NCBI GenBank assembly: GCA_963759075.1
Contig: CAVWXZ010000004.1
Span: 5,677-69,676, forward strand
DNA: 64,000 nucleotides
Direction: 5' to 3'
Origin: an uncultured Gammaproteobacteria bacterium
Lineage (GTDB): Bacteria; Pseudomonadota; Gammaproteobacteria; Steroidobacterales; JABDLF01
Shown here: piece by piece, positions 1-9,544 of the stretch
How the letters are laid out: every line of letters begins with the position of its first letter
How positions within the stretch are numbered: the first letter of the stretch is position 1
Position numbers and translations under genes: made by a program
The notes under the pieces: generated by a model
Databases searched by the model: none
What the model was told of the DNA's origin: nothing
The model's input: only the letters and a program-made list of their open reading frames with translations

Positions 1-1227
1 AAGAAACCGGCACGACATCTGCGCTTCTCGGATATTCGGGGCATCGCGCAGCTTGCGACTCAGGCCACCACGGGCGTCACGCAGGTCGTGGAAGGTGTGC
101 ATCGGTCGGTATTGCGCACTGTCGGACTGCCCGGCGCGGCGGGTCCGGGGCCAACGTCGGGGGTGACCGGGTTTGTCTACAAGAGCATTCACGGCGTCAC
201 GCGCTTCGTCGGAACCGGCACGGACCTGGCTTTGGCCTCGCTCCAGCCCTTGTTCAGGTCTGCCGATAATTCTGAGCCCGGAAGCCCGGAGCGAGAAGCG
301 ATCCTCGCGGCGCTCAACGGGATGGCAGGAGATCGGATGGTTGAAGGCGACAACCCGCTCGTCATTCCCATGAGCCTGCGCTACCGGGGCCAGGCGCTGA
401 ACTGGGACGCCGCGCCGGACATGGCGGCAGCGACGGGCAAGGTGCTGGTGCTGATCCATGGTTTGTGTGTCAGCGATGCCAGCTGGAGCAGGAAATATCA
501 GGGGCGCGGCGTGAACTACGGTGAGGTCCTCGGCCGGTCCCTGGGCTACACGCCGGTCTATCTGCGTTACAACTCCGGCCTGCACATTTCCACGAACGCG
601 CGCGAGCTGTCGGACCAGCTCGAACGACTGGTCACTCATTGGCCGGTGGCGGTTACAGAACTCTCAGTGGTCGCGCACAGTATGGGCGGCCTGCTGGCGC
701 GCAGCGCTTATCACTACGGAGCGGAGGCGTCCCGGAGCTGGACGAAGCGAACGAAGCGCATGGTATTCCTGGGTACCCCGCACCATGGCGCCCCGCTGGA
801 ACAGGCGGGTGGCTGGGCGGACACGATATTGGGCAGCACACCGTACAGTGCACCTTTCAGGCGGCTCGGCAGGCTGCGCAGCGCCGGCATTACCGATTTG
901 CGTTTTGGCAACGTGCTGGACGAAGACTGGCAGGGCCACGACCGATTCGTTCGTCGCGCCGACAGCCGCAGGCCGCTGACGCTCCCTGCAGGCGTGCGGT
1001 GTTTCGCCGTTGCCGCGACAGCAGCGGCGCGGCGCGGCACGCTGGCTGACAGGCTGATCGGAGATGGTTTGGTGCCCCTGGACAGCGCGCTGGGCGCCCA
1101 TAAGGATTCCCGGCGTTCGCTCAAGTTCAGCAGGGATGCGCAGCACGTGGTCTATCGCAAGCACCACATGGATTTGCTAAGCAATCCCGCAGTGTCAAGC
1201 AAGCTGGTGCGGTGGCTCGGATCCTGA
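1..1227 (+). CDS. Alpha/beta-hydrolase (PGAP1-like esterase/lipase), 5' end outside window
   Basis: LIHGL oxyanion segment, AHSMGG nucleophile elbow, GTPHHG, GDGLVP and terminal H motif; frame is open from position 1. Confidence 0.8.
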   Translation, partial: KKPARHLRFSDIRGIAQLATQATTGVTQVVEGVHRSVLRTVGLPGAAGPGPTSGVTGFVYKSIHGVTRFVGTGTDLALASLQPLFRSADNSEPGSPEREAILAALNGMAGDRMVEGDNPLVIPMSLRYRGQALNWDAAPDMAAATGKVLVLIHGLCVSDASWSRKYQGRGVNYGEVLGRSLGYTPVYLRYNSGLHISTNARELSDQLERLVTHWPVAVTELSVVAHSMGGLLARSAYHYGAEASRSWTKRTKRMVFLGTPHHGAPLEQAGGWADTILGSTPYSAPFRRLGRLRSAGITDLRFGNVLDEDWQGHDRFVRRADSRRPLTLPAGVRCFAVAATAAARRGTLADRLIGDGLVPLDSALGAHKDSRRSLKFSRDAQHVVYRKHHMDLLSNPAVSSKLVRWLGS

Positions 1228-1311
1228 ACGATTGAATCGTCGCTGAGCCTTGCCTTCACCTGGTAGCTGGTGGTGGGCGATACGCTGCGGGCGCGCCCAC
1301 GGGCCGCCCAT

Positions 1312-3510
1312 TTATGTCCATGCGCTGCCGAGCTGAAAGATCAGGAGAGCGCCCAGATAGCCGAGCAGCGTCATGTAGGCCCAGCCAAAAATCGGCCAGC
1401 GCCAGCTGTTGGTTTCGCGACGTATAACAGCCAGGGTAGCGGCGCACTGCAGGCACCAGGCATAGAACACCAGCAGACCGAGCACCATCGGCAAGGTGAA
1501 TACGATTCGTCCATCCGGCCAGCGCGCCGCCCGCAGCCGTTCGGCGAGGCTGCTGACATCTGCTTCCTGACCCACCGCATAAATGGTGCCCAGCACCGCC
1601 ACCACGACCTCGCGTGCTGGGAAGCCGGCAATAACAGCCGCGCTGACTCGCCAGTCCCAACCCAACGGGGCAAATACGGGTTCGACAGCCTTGCCGGCAC
1701 GCCCCAGCCAGCTTTGCTCAAGGCGTGCCGCAGATGCCTCGTTGTCCAGCCTGCTGAGTTCTCGGTCCAGCGCTTCGCCTGTGAGCGTGGACTCCACGGC
1801 TTGCTGCGCGCCGGCGAGCTGAAAATCAATCTCGGGCGAACGCGGAAAATAAGCCAGTGCCCACACGAGCACCGCCACGGTAAAGATCACCGTACCGGCC
1901 CTGCGCAGGAAAATGCGGGCGCGGTCCAAAAGCTTGATCAGCACGCTGCGCCAGTTGGGCATTCGAAACTCGGGCAGGGCCAGCATGAACGAGGGCTTTG
2001 GGCCGCGCAAAGCGGATTTGCGCAGCAGCAGGGCCGTGCCGGCACCGCCCACGATGCCCAGCATGTAGAGGCCAAACAGTACGAGGCCCTGGATGTTGAA
2101 AAGACCGACGCGCGTGGAGGGCACAAAGGCTGAAATTAACAGCGCGTAAACCGGCAGCCTCGCGGAGCAGGTCATAAACGGTGCTGCAAGAATCGTGGCG
2201 ATGCGATCGCGACGATTGGGGATAACGCGCGTCGCCATGATCCCGGGCACCGCGCAGGCGAAGCTCGACAACATCGGGATGACGGACTGGCCCGAGAGGC
2301 CGACAGTCCTCATCGCGCGATCCATAAGAAAGGCCGCGCGCGCGAGATAACCCGTGTCTTCCAGGAGAATGATAAACAGAAACAGAATGAGGATTTGCGG
2401 CAGAAAGATCACGACGCTGCCCACGCCCGCAATCACGCCGTCCGCGAGCAGGCTGGTCAAAGCGCCGGCTGGCAAGGTCGCGTTGACCCAGTTCGTAAGC
2501 AGCCCGGCCGTCGCATCGATGCTGTCCATCAGCGGAGTTGCCCACGCAAATACGGCCTGGAACACCACGATCATCACGACAAAAAATGAGATCGTGGCCG
2601 GCACCGGGCGCTCCATGAACTCTACCAGCCGTGTGGATATTGTCTCCAGAGGTGTGGCCTGGGTCTGCACGTCATTCAACACCTGGCGGATCCAGCGATA
2701 ACGGTGGCGGGCTTCCTCTGCCAGCGGCGGTTTTTCTCCGAACAAGCTTCGTTTGATAGTTTGAATACGCAGGCGATCTTCCGCGTTTGAACTCGCGATG
2801 ACACGGTTGTTTTCAGTATCACCGTCGATCAGTGCACGTTCGAGTTCAATCCGTCGCGGTTCGAAATCAAGGTGCAGCTTGCCGCGCAGAGAGACCTCGG
2901 CTGCGCGCAGCGCGGGCCAGAAGTCGGGCACTTTCGGTGCTGCTGCGCCGGGCAGCGAGGCCAGCGCCCGCTCCAGCTTTTCCATGCCGTGGCCTGTTGT
3001 CGCCACCACCGGGCAAACGGGTATCCCGCACAGATGCTGGCTGAGTTTTTCTACGTCGATCACCACGCCCTGGCGTCGTGCAACATCTGTCATGGTGAGC
3101 GCAACGACCACGGGCAACTGCAGTTCCAGCAGCTGCTGAAGCAGGTACAGCCCCTGATAAAGGCGCGTCGCATCCACCACGGCAAGGATGCCCGCGGGTG
3201 GCTCGGTGCCGGGCATCCTGCCCAGCAATACATCCACGGTAATGCGCTCGTCCAGGGAGAAGGTGCTGAGCGCAAAGGTGCCCGGCAGGTCAACCAGTTC
3301 AAGTGACTTTTCGTACAGGCGTGCGCGCCCTACATGTTTTTCTACCGTAACGCCCGGGTAGTTGGCGGTCTTCTGCCGCAAGCCAGTCAACCGGTTGAAA
3401 AGCGTGCTCTTGCCACCATTCGGATTGCCGACCACCGCGATGGTGGCCAAGCCGACGTTATGGATCTGGATTTTCTCGAGCGGGACACCAATGACGTTGG
3501 GCTTATTCAT
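1312..3510 (-). CDS. feoB: Ferrous iron transporter FeoB
   Basis: GNPNGGKST G1, NYPGVTVE, DLPG, then a membrane domain with EDTGYLARAAF and PFMTCSARLPVY. Confidence 0.97.
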   Translation of the reverse strand: MNKPNVIGVPLEKIQIHNVGLATIAVVGNPNGGKSTLFNRLTGLRQKTANYPGVTVEKHVGRARLYEKSLELVDLPGTFALSTFSLDERITVDVLLGRMPGTEPPAGILAVVDATRLYQGLYLLQQLLELQLPVVVALTMTDVARRQGVVIDVEKLSQHLCGIPVCPVVATTGHGMEKLERALASLPGAAAPKVPDFWPALRAAEVSLRGKLHLDFEPRRIELERALIDGDTENNRVIASSNAEDRLRIQTIKRSLFGEKPPLAEEARHRYRWIRQVLNDVQTQATPLETISTRLVEFMERPVPATISFFVVMIVVFQAVFAWATPLMDSIDATAGLLTNWVNATLPAGALTSLLADGVIAGVGSVVIFLPQILILFLFIILLEDTGYLARAAFLMDRAMRTVGLSGQSVIPMLSSFACAVPGIMATRVIPNRRDRIATILAAPFMTCSARLPVYALLISAFVPSTRVGLFNIQGLVLFGLYMLGIVGGAGTALLLRKSALRGPKPSFMLALPEFRMPNWRSVLIKLLDRARIFLRRAGTVIFTVAVLVWALAYFPRSPEIDFQLAGAQQAVESTLTGEALDRELSRLDNEASAARLEQSWLGRAGKAVEPVFAPLGWDWRVSAAVIAGFPAREVVVAVLGTIYAVGQEADVSSLAERLRAARWPDGRIVFTLPMVLGLLVFYAWCLQCAATLAVIRRETNSWRWPIFGWAYMTLLGYLGALLIFQLGSAWT

Positions 3511-3760
3511 CGGTGCCGACCGCCGTCACGCTGAAATGACGCGCCTGGTCTCGCCGCAGGGACAGGGTGCCACCATAGAGGCGAAACTCGAGCGGGTCCC
3601 CCCCAAGCGCGCTGGCGCGAAAGGTGAGTTCTGCACCTTCCACCAGCCCCAGTACCATGAGGCGCTGCACGGCAGGGTCTTCCGAGTCGATATTGTCTAT
3701 GCGAGCCCGCTGTCCCGGCAGCAGGTTCGCCAGCGTCAGGCTCGGATTATCAGCTTCCAT
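3503..3760 (-). CDS. feoA: FeoA SH3-like protein
   Basis: RLMVLGLVEG..ALGGDPL..LSLRR pattern; overlaps the feoB start. Confidence 0.93.
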   Translation of the reverse strand: MEADNPSLTLANLLPGQRARIDNIDSEDPAVQRLMVLGLVEGAELTFRASALGGDPLEFRLYGGTLSLRRDQARHFSVTAVGTDE

Positions 3761-3789
3761 TCCTAAATGATATAGATTCTCATTTAGGA
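3761..3789. promoter_or_regulatory. Fur-box-like operator directly upstream of feoA
   Basis: Perfect inverted repeat TCCTAAATGA-N9-TCATTTAGGA; core AATGATATAGATTCTCATT resembles the Fur consensus; abuts the feoA ATG. Confidence 0.75.
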
Positions 3790-3992
3790 TACAAGCGGCA
3801 GGCCGTGAAATTCATGACATTTTTCTGCCTGGCCGAAACTTTGGGTCTGGAGGGTCCACTCGGGTGCCTCGGGAAGGATCGGGTTTTTACGGCCGCACGC
3901 AGGAGCAAACTGTGCCGCCGGCGCAGGGCTGCGGTGCCGTTCAAACCTGGTGCCTATGCAATAATATGCGGCACACGAAGAGGGACCGAAAC

Positions 3993-4763
3993 ATGGATCG
4001 ACAAGACATTGTGCGCGATTGGCTACCCAGATACACCGGCATGCCGCTGGACAAGTTTGGCGACTATATCCTGCTGACCAATTTCGACAGCTACGTGCAG
4101 CAGTTTGCCGACCGCTTCAATTGCGAGATCCATGGCATGGATCGGCCCATGAAAGCCGCGACCAACAGCGACGGCCTGACGATTATCAATTTCGGCATTG
4201 GTTCCGCCAATGCGGCCACCATCATGGATTTGCTCAGCGCGCGGCCGACCAAGGGCGTGCTGTTCCTCGGCAAGTGCGGGGGGCTCAAGAAATCTACTGA
4301 GATCGGGAATTTTATTCTGCCCATCGGAGCGATTCGCGGGGAGGGTACCAGCGACGACTATTTTCCGAGAGAGGTGCCGGCGCTGCCGTCGTTCAAGTTG
4401 CACAAGTTCGTGTCGGAAGAGCTAAAGGAAAGGCACCTCGAGTATCGGACGGGCGTGATCTACACAACTAACCGGCGGGTCTGGGAGCACGACCTGGAGT
4501 TTCTGGCCAGGCTCAAGCGCATGACAGCGATCGGGATCGACATGGAGACGGCGACCATTTTTATCGTCGGCCATCATAATGAAATCGCCCGCGGCGCCTT
4601 GCTCCTCGTATCAGATGTGCCGACGACTCCCGAAGGCATCAAGACCGAAGCCAGGGATAAAAGGGTGACGGCATCCTGGGCAGAGACCCACCTCGAAGTC
4701 GGCATAACGGCCATGACCGAGCTTGGTTTTCGCGGTGAGAAGATCAAGCACTTCAGCTACTAG
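3993..4763 (+). CDS. amn: AMP nucleosidase, short (256 aa) PNP/UDP-family type
   Basis: WLPRYTG, LLTNF, INFGIGSANAATIMDLL, AIRGEGTS, YTTNRRVWE, DMETAT; ATG 3993 chosen after AGGGA. Confidence 0.88.
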   Translation: MDRQDIVRDWLPRYTGMPLDKFGDYILLTNFDSYVQQFADRFNCEIHGMDRPMKAATNSDGLTIINFGIGSANAATIMDLLSARPTKGVLFLGKCGGLKKSTEIGNFILPIGAIRGEGTSDDYFPREVPALPSFKLHKFVSEELKERHLEYRTGVIYTTNRRVWEHDLEFLARLKRMTAIGIDMETATIFIVGHHNEIARGALLLVSDVPTTPEGIKTEARDKRVTASWAETHLEVGITAMTELGFRGEKIKHFSY

Positions 4764-4932
4764 CGCAGTGTTCAGTTGCAGGGCTGGCTTTTCTCAGCAG
4801 CAATTTGACATAAGCTTGCTATTTAGGCCCTGACGTAACAATAATGGGGCAGGTGCTGGGGGGCACGCTCTGATAGGTTCTTACTTTCGGCTTCTGATCG
4901 TATGAGGCAGCTCCCTGAGCGACTCGAAACGG

Positions 4933-6258
4933 ATGCCGGGGGTGCAACCCTTGACCAGGGATATATTCAGGGACTTCTTCGAACTGTCGTCCGACATGCT
5001 TTGTATTCTCAGCGGCGATGGCCGGTTCCGGATGGTCAACGCCGTCTTCGAGAATACAGTCGGCCGAACCGCTGAAACATTGCTCGACCGCCCGCTCACT
5101 GACTTTATTCATCCCAAAGACGTTGATGCAACCTCGCAGGCCCTTGCGAGCCTGGCTGCCGGGGCCGCAAAGGTATCATTTGAGCACCGTTATCGGTGTG
5201 CGAATGGGACCTATAAGCTGCTTAAGTATGCTGCGGCCTCTCAACAGGATACAGGTTTGCTTTTCGCGACGGTAAAAGACCTCAGATCGGAACTGGATGG
5301 CACCGGGCGCTTCCGCATAGCGATTGATGCGTCCCCTGCCGCAATCATCCTGGTGGACGCCAGCGGGCATATTCAGCTCACCAATAAGGAAGCCAACCAG
5401 CTGTTTGGATACAAACAGGGTGACTTGCTGGGTCGGTCCATTGAGATACTGATCCCCATGAAATCTCGCGCCAGGCATGCCGGTCTGTTTTCGGGCTACC
5501 TCGGGAATGGCGAGGTTCGTAAAATGGGTCAGGGCCGGCACTTGAGTGCGATCACGAAAGATGGCTCTGAGCTTGTGGTAGAGATTGGCCTCAACCCGAT
5601 TGACTTGGAGGATGGGCCCCATGTCCTTGCGTCAATAGTCGACCTGACCGTGCAAAGAGACTTGGAAAACAGGCTGCTGGCAGCGGCCTCGGGGCTTGTG
5701 GAAGCGAATGCACAGCTATCCAAACTGGCGAGAACTGACGAACTGACCGGCCTGCTCAATCGCAGGGCCCTGAACGAGCAACTGATCGTTCATGTTCGGC
5801 TCATGCATCGAATGTCACGCCCGCTGTCTTTCCTGCTCATTGATTTTGACCATTTTAAAGGACTCAATGACACGTATGGGCACGCGGCCGGAGATGAGGC
5901 CCTGAAAGCCGTTGCCGGCATCATGACATCGTGTTCGCGCGCCAGTGATATTGCGGCCCGTTATGGGGGGGACGAGTTTGCAATGCTGTTGCCCAACACG
6001 GAAATGGCCGGCGCCCTGAAGGCGGCACAGAAAATGCGCAGGAAAATTAAGGGCCACAGCTGGGATCATGTCGCTTGCACAATCAGTGTGGGCGTTTCGA
6101 CGATGCTGTTTCCGAGCGGTGAACTGAGCCAGGAGGCGGACTATGTCAGCGCACTTGTTGCTGACGCTGATCGGGCCTTGTACCGGTCGAAAAAACTCGG
6201 TGGCAATCAGTCGACCCACGCCGCCGCTATCGCGACTGAGGAAGTCGAGTCTTACTAG
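4933..6258 (+). CDS. PAS-PAS-GGDEF diguanylate cyclase
   Basis: Two PAS-like segments, TDELTGLLNRR, DFDHFK, RxxD I-site (RASD) and intact GGDEF. Confidence 0.92.
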   Translation: MPGVQPLTRDIFRDFFELSSDMLCILSGDGRFRMVNAVFENTVGRTAETLLDRPLTDFIHPKDVDATSQALASLAAGAAKVSFEHRYRCANGTYKLLKYAAASQQDTGLLFATVKDLRSELDGTGRFRIAIDASPAAIILVDASGHIQLTNKEANQLFGYKQGDLLGRSIEILIPMKSRARHAGLFSGYLGNGEVRKMGQGRHLSAITKDGSELVVEIGLNPIDLEDGPHVLASIVDLTVQRDLENRLLAAASGLVEANAQLSKLARTDELTGLLNRRALNEQLIVHVRLMHRMSRPLSFLLIDFDHFKGLNDTYGHAAGDEALKAVAGIMTSCSRASDIAARYGGDEFAMLLPNTEMAGALKAAQKMRRKIKGHSWDHVACTISVGVSTMLFPSGELSQEADYVSALVADADRALYRSKKLGGNQSTHAAAIATEEVESY

Positions 6259-6325
6259 CCTGCTCGGGTTCAGCATGGCTTCAGTGGCTGGTCAGCATGC
6301 GCGCGACTTGGGCGGAGAGCGTTAG

Positions 6326-7237
6326 GTGACAAAAGGCTTTACTGATCGCGACGTGCCTGAGCAAAGCGGTAAGACGTTTCTGGTAACAGGCGCCAATACC
6401 GGGATCGGTTTTGAAGCGGCCAGGGTGCTGGCAGCGCAGGGCGCGCGCGTGCTGCTGGGCTGTCGCTCGGATACCAAAGCGGCGCAGGCGCGGGCGGCGA
6501 TTCTGGCTCTCCATCCGCGCGCTGACCTTGACCTGGTGAGTCTTGATCTTGCCGACCTTACCTCGGTCAGGGCGGCCGCACGGCGCGTTGCCGGGGAACC
6601 GCGGCTCGATGTGCTGATCAACAACGCGGGCGTCATGGTGCCGCCCTATGGCCTGACCAGGGACGGTTTCGAGTCGCAGTTCGGTACCAACCATCTCGGG
6701 CCCTTTGCCCTGACCGGCCTGTTGCTGCCCAAGCTCGCCGAACACGCGGGTGCGCGTGTAGTCTCCACCAGCAGCATTGTGCACAAGGGTGGCCGGATCG
6801 ATTTCGACGATATCAATGCGGAGCACGGCTACAGCGCAAGCAAAAGGTATCGCATGAGCAAGCTGGCCAATCTGCTGTTCGCCAACGAACTCCACCGGCG
6901 CCTGTCGGCGGCCGGATCCAGCATGATTTCGGTGGCCTGCCACCCGGGCGTTGCCAATACCGAGCTCACGCGCTATCTGCCGCGTCTCCTGGTGGCCATG
7001 ACGCCGCTGGTTAGCGGGCTGCTCAATAGTTCGCTGCAGGGCGCCTGGCCGACGCTGATGGCGGCCACGCTACCGGGTGCGAAGGGCGGCGAGTACTTCG
7101 GTCCTGTAAGGCGGCTCGAAACGGCCGGACCTGCAACGCGAGTCCAGGGTAGTCGGCGCAGCCGGGACCCGGAGTTGGCCAGGCGACTGTGGGACCTGTC
7201 GGTTGAAATGACCGGTGTACGGCCGACGATTCAGTAA
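6326..7237 (+). CDS. SDR oxidoreductase (retinol dehydrogenase/WWOX-like)
   Basis: TGANTGIG, NNAG, FGTNHLG, YxxSK. Confidence 0.92.
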   Translation: MTKGFTDRDVPEQSGKTFLVTGANTGIGFEAARVLAAQGARVLLGCRSDTKAAQARAAILALHPRADLDLVSLDLADLTSVRAAARRVAGEPRLDVLINNAGVMVPPYGLTRDGFESQFGTNHLGPFALTGLLLPKLAEHAGARVVSTSSIVHKGGRIDFDDINAEHGYSASKRYRMSKLANLLFANELHRRLSAAGSSMISVACHPGVANTELTRYLPRLLVAMTPLVSGLLNSSLQGAWPTLMAATLPGAKGGEYFGPVRRLETAGPATRVQGSRRSRDPELARRLWDLSVEMTGVRPTIQ

Positions 7238-7403
7238 CAGCCGGGCGTCCTGTTCGATTCGGGCTGGCGCCCCTCCTATCTATTTTTTGGAACTGGCCTA
7301 AGCTTAGTGTCGGTCTGAGTACTTTCTTCTGGCACGGTCCGCGGCCGGGCAGCCAGCCATCGGGCCGGTCTGCCCCGTTCATTACCAGCGAGGGAAAACT
7401 GCT

Positions 7404-8081
7404 ATGCGTGGCGAAACCAGAATGTTTGCGCTCATTGTTTTTCTAGGCGTGCTCGCCAGCGGCGACACGTTGGCGTCCGGAAACGTCGTGGCAGGTCGCT
7501 ATGTGTCCCCACTGCACAATTTCACGGTGCCCGTGCCAGACTGGAAGGCTCTTAAAGTCCAGGAACACAACGATGCAGATTTTATGATCGTGGCGTTTCT
7601 CGATCGAGGTGGTTTGCTTCCGGCACCCATGTGGAGCGTCGCCAGCCTGCGCCTGGATCCGGAGATGGCTCCGCAAATCGAGGAAAGCGAACAACGCGAA
7701 GCAGTCTACCAGCGCTTTCTTGCCGGCTTCGTCATGCCTTACGTGTTTCAGAATGTGGCGTCGAAAACCTCGCTGTCGAACGAGGCCTTTGTGGGTGAAG
7801 AGGGTGCCCGCGATCTTTTTGCGGTGGCAAATATCCCTGAGGGTCATGCATTCCTGCGCAACCCGAAGAAGAAAAAACAGGATGATTCGGTCAGCGGCCT
7901 GCTGATTTTTCATGCGGATGGATTCATGTACCTGATTCGCTGCGAGATGAAATCGGTCATCAATGCGGATCTGACTCCGGCGACGCTGACCGAGAAGGAC
8001 CTCGAAAGCGTGCAGGAAAAATTGCAGGAAATAAAAGCGAGCATCGAGTTTCCAGCGCGGGCGTCAGAACAGGCGGGCTGA
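7404..8081 (+). CDS. Hypothetical exported protein
   Basis: 225-aa ORF with RBS and N-terminal hydrophobic signal-like segment; no family recognised. Confidence 0.7.
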   Translation: MRGETRMFALIVFLGVLASGDTLASGNVVAGRYVSPLHNFTVPVPDWKALKVQEHNDADFMIVAFLDRGGLLPAPMWSVASLRLDPEMAPQIEESEQREAVYQRFLAGFVMPYVFQNVASKTSLSNEAFVGEEGARDLFAVANIPEGHAFLRNPKKKKQDDSVSGLLIFHADGFMYLIRCEMKSVINADLTPATLTEKDLESVQEKLQEIKASIEFPARASEQAG

Positions 8082-8333
8082 AATATGTCTGCAGATGCGC
8101 AGCTCGGGTAGCGTGGTAAATGCTGATCAGGCAGTGCCAGGAATCGAACGCCACGGTCCGCAGTGAGGAATGAGTGACAAAGTCTGGCAGGAATCATGCC
8201 CCGGCAACACGCCCTCGCGCAGCTTGTCACGAGGCCGGCGACCGCCACCGCGGAAATTTTCGTCTATATTGAGAGATGTTCTACGGCATTTTGTCCGCAG
8301 AACCTGAAACAACAAATAAACTGGGGGAACGCG

Positions 8334-8702
8334 ATGAAAGCAATTATGGGGTTGGTGCTTCTGGTATTTTCAGTTTCCGCTTTCGCCGACTACATTGATG
8401 TAATCGAAGTGAAGCTGAACGAGGGCTGTAGCCTGGCCGAATACCTGAAGATCAAGGACGACTTCAATACTCAATGGGGTTCGAAGAACGGCTACAAGAG
8501 CGAGATCCTGATGCCTATTCAGAGTCAGAACCTGATCTCATTGTACTGGGTCGGAAGGACAGCCAGCGCCGCGGCGTTTGGCAATGCGTGGGATGTGTGG
8601 AGAGACGCGCAGAATGATCCGGACTCTGTGCCTGCCAAGCTGTGGGCCAGATTCGCTGCCTGCAGTACGAACGTGTCGCGCAGAGGCTACGACGTCTATT
8701 AG
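8334..8702 (+). CDS. Small secreted hypothetical protein with two Cys
   Basis: Signal peptide MKAIMGLVLLVFSVSAFA after GGGGGA; 122 aa. Confidence 0.75.
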   Translation: MKAIMGLVLLVFSVSAFADYIDVIEVKLNEGCSLAEYLKIKDDFNTQWGSKNGYKSEILMPIQSQNLISLYWVGRTASAAAFGNAWDVWRDAQNDPDSVPAKLWARFAACSTNVSRRGYDVY

Positions 8703-8747
8703 TGGAAAGCGGGGCGACGCTCGTGTGAACGTTGCCCCGCTGCCTGC

Positions 8748-9116
8748 CTAGAACATGCAGACGCGTGGACCGCCTCTGCTTCGCATCTCACGCCGGCGTC
8801 GGCTGCCGCGCCTGCGTCTGCGTTCCACCATCGCGGTGCGCCTTACGGCGAACTGATCCGGTGCCGACTCCGCGTCGGCGAGCGTCTCGGTGGCATCAGG
8901 CGCTAATGCCTCGACAGGGACCGCTTGGGCCTCTGCCGGGGTTCTGCGTGTCAGGATCGGAAGGCCTGGTATCGGTTTTCTGAGCGAAACCTCAACAGTT
9001 GAGTTTTCGCTCAGGGCCTGTAGCTCTTTAAACGAGTCTGCAGGGAACATGAGAGCCTGAAAATTCTGCCCGGCAATCGTGTCGTCAAAACTTGGAAGTT
9101 GTTCTCGCCTCATCAC
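8748..9116 (-). CDS. Possible hypothetical protein with Arg-rich tail
   Basis: 122-aa ORF; AAGGA a few nt upstream of the start; no motif. Confidence 0.35.
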   Translation of the reverse strand: MMRREQLPSFDDTIAGQNFQALMFPADSFKELQALSENSTVEVSLRKPIPGLPILTRRTPAEAQAVPVEALAPDATETLADAESAPDQFAVRRTAMVERRRRRGSRRRREMRSRGGPRVCMF

Positions 9117-9544
9117 TGGATTCCTTGATCAGCCTGATTGATTGTCGAACCGGAAGCGAAACAAGTAAAAGAGCTACTGCGTTCCAACAACCTGAATGCA
9201 ACTTTAAAGAAACTTGAAAAAAAATGAGGCGACGAGCGTCGCAGTTTTGGTATTGAACGGTATATTAATTCAGTCGACACTTTTTCGTTTTGGCGCCATT
9301 TCCCACGACAGGAAGTGGCAAACAAATGGCCGTCACAATCGTTTGAAGAAACCGCCGCCACGGTGCGGTTAGTTGCTTGTTTATCAGCCTTAAAGCATCC
9401 TCTGATGTAATGGGCTGTTGCAGCGAAGGCCCGCAGTTCATTTGGGCTGGCTTGAACTGGCGTGTGATCTAAACAGTCACCTGGCACAGTTAGCGGACGA
9501 CAAGAATGTGAAGCAGTTTTAAGCTTATGTAAAAGCGCAACAAG

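Noticed and set aside
9113-9487. 124-aa minus-strand ORF or c-di-GMP riboswitch upstream of nnrS
   Set aside because: Atypical composition with no RBS; the GGCAAAC match lacks the remaining GEMM structure.
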